Below are positions 62,888 through 64,000 of a stretch of DNA of 64,000 bases, piece by piece. The stretch comes from the human T2T-CHM13v2.0 reference genome, Homo sapiens: the NCBI RefSeq assembly GCF_009914755.1, contig NC_060931.1; one strand, given 5' to 3'. Positions within the stretch are counted from its first letter, which is position 1. The number at the start of each line of letters is the position of its first letter. A program made the position numbers and the translations under genes. Below the pieces are notes generated by a model. That model did no database searches. It had not been told where the DNA came from and worked only from the letters and a program-made list of their open reading frames with translations.

Positions 62888-63166
62888 AGACGGAGTCTCG
62901 CTGTCGCCCAGGCTGGAGTGCAGTGGCGCAATCTCGGCTCACTGCAGGCTCCGCCCCCTGGGGTTCACGCCATTCTCCTGCCTCAGCCTCCCGAGTAGCT
63001 GGGACTACAGGCGCCCGCCACCTCGCCCGGCTAATTTTTTGTATTTTTAGTAGAGACAGGGTTTCACCGTGTTAGCCAGGATGGTCTCGATCTCCTGACC
63101 TCGTGATCCGCCCGCCTCGGCCTCCCAAAGTGCTGGGATTACAGGCGTGAGCCACCGCGCCCGGCC
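62856..63166 (-). mobile_element. Young AluY (Ye-lineage-like)
   Basis: CTCGCTGTCGCCC, GCAGGCTCCGCCCCCTGGGGTTCAC, CACCTCGCCC; CpGs intact; TSD TGCACGTTCTT at 62847-62857 and 63167-63177. Confidence 0.93.
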
Positions 63167-63479
63167 TGCACGTTCTTATATACTCACCTCCCACAATGAC
63201 TCTGGGCTTGACCATGTTTCTTTGGCCCATGAGATATCAGCGAACATGTCACAAGCAGAGACTCAATGCACTTTGGCACATTGGGACATGCTTTTTTAAT
63301 CATTGACCTGAGATGGCTACATAGGAAATATCAAATCTATTAGGCTTTTGTTCACAAATTTGAGAACAAATCTATAAGGATCTTATTGAAGAATTGCCAT
63401 AGTAGAGTTACAACATTAATCAAAAATATATTAACTTCTTTTTTAAATTGGATGAGACCATGTATCCTAGAGAAAGACT

Positions 63480-63680
63480 ACTAACTTTAGAATTCTGTCT
63501 CCTCTTTCCAGATATGAGACCTTGGGGAGGTCATTTAAACTCTTTGTGCCTGCTTCTTCATTTGTAAAATGGTGATAATAACAGTACCTACCTTGTAAGG
63601 TTTTTATGGGGAACTAAATGAGTTAATATTTTACAGTGCTTAAAATATTATAGGGGGTACATAAATATAATAGTTGTCAA
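63480..63680 (+). mobile_element. MIR
   Basis: GACCTTGGGGAGGTCATTTAAACTCTTTGTGCCTGCTTCTTCATTTGTAAAATGGTGATAATAACAGTACCTACCT. Confidence 0.85.
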
Positions 63681-63769
63681 ATAAACAGAGAAGGATTAGA
63701 CATCGGGGTTTTATGAGGACAAGCTCTTTGTAAAAGTTCAAAGACCTATATCAGTTACATAGAGAGTAA

Positions 63770-64000
63770 AGTACCAGAAAGAAGAGCTAAAGATAAGGGC
63801 TTATAAGATTCATTTTATTTTGGGAAGAAATCTCAGGGACAGAAGTAAAGGACTAGAGAGACAAAGAAGGAGGGAAACACAAATACAATCGTATTTTTTT
63901 ACTGCTGGTCCGCTGGGCTTGATCTTGCCTAGGGCTCTGTAGACTGCGACTTAGAACCATTTGTCCCAGGGAAAATCAGAAGGCAGCGTTTATCCATGAG
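63770..64000 (-). mobile_element. ERVL-type LTR fragment (LTR16/33-like)
   Basis: TTTATTTTGGGAAGAAATCTCAGG...GGAGGGAAACACAAATACA...CTGGGCTTGATC. Confidence 0.45.

Overview
AT-rich, CpG-depleted primate (human-like) non-coding DNA, most likely a large intron or intergenic region. I find no supportable host protein-coding exon, RNA gene or CpG island. The listed ORFs are Alu read-throughs, LINE-1 remnants or chance ORFs. The window holds about 23 Alu elements (J, S and Y lineages), one 5'-inverted L1PA insertion, old L1M/HAL1, L2 and MIR fragments, DNA-transposon MITEs (MER1, MER53, MER5, Tigger-type), several LTRs and microsatellites. Repeat family names come from recalled consensus features, not from a search. 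The most unusual structure is an ERV1-type LTR at about 39.2-40.6 kb. It appears to contain two ~200-bp copies of unique DNA, one from each of its own flanks, plus a direct/inverted micro-repeat scar, which suggests serial template switching. Also notable are a twin-primed L1 missing about 3 kb of ORF2, two candidate cryptic exons or recursive splice sites, a near-adjacent inverted Alu pair and several short quasi-palindromes. I see no evidence for a novel multi-gene system.
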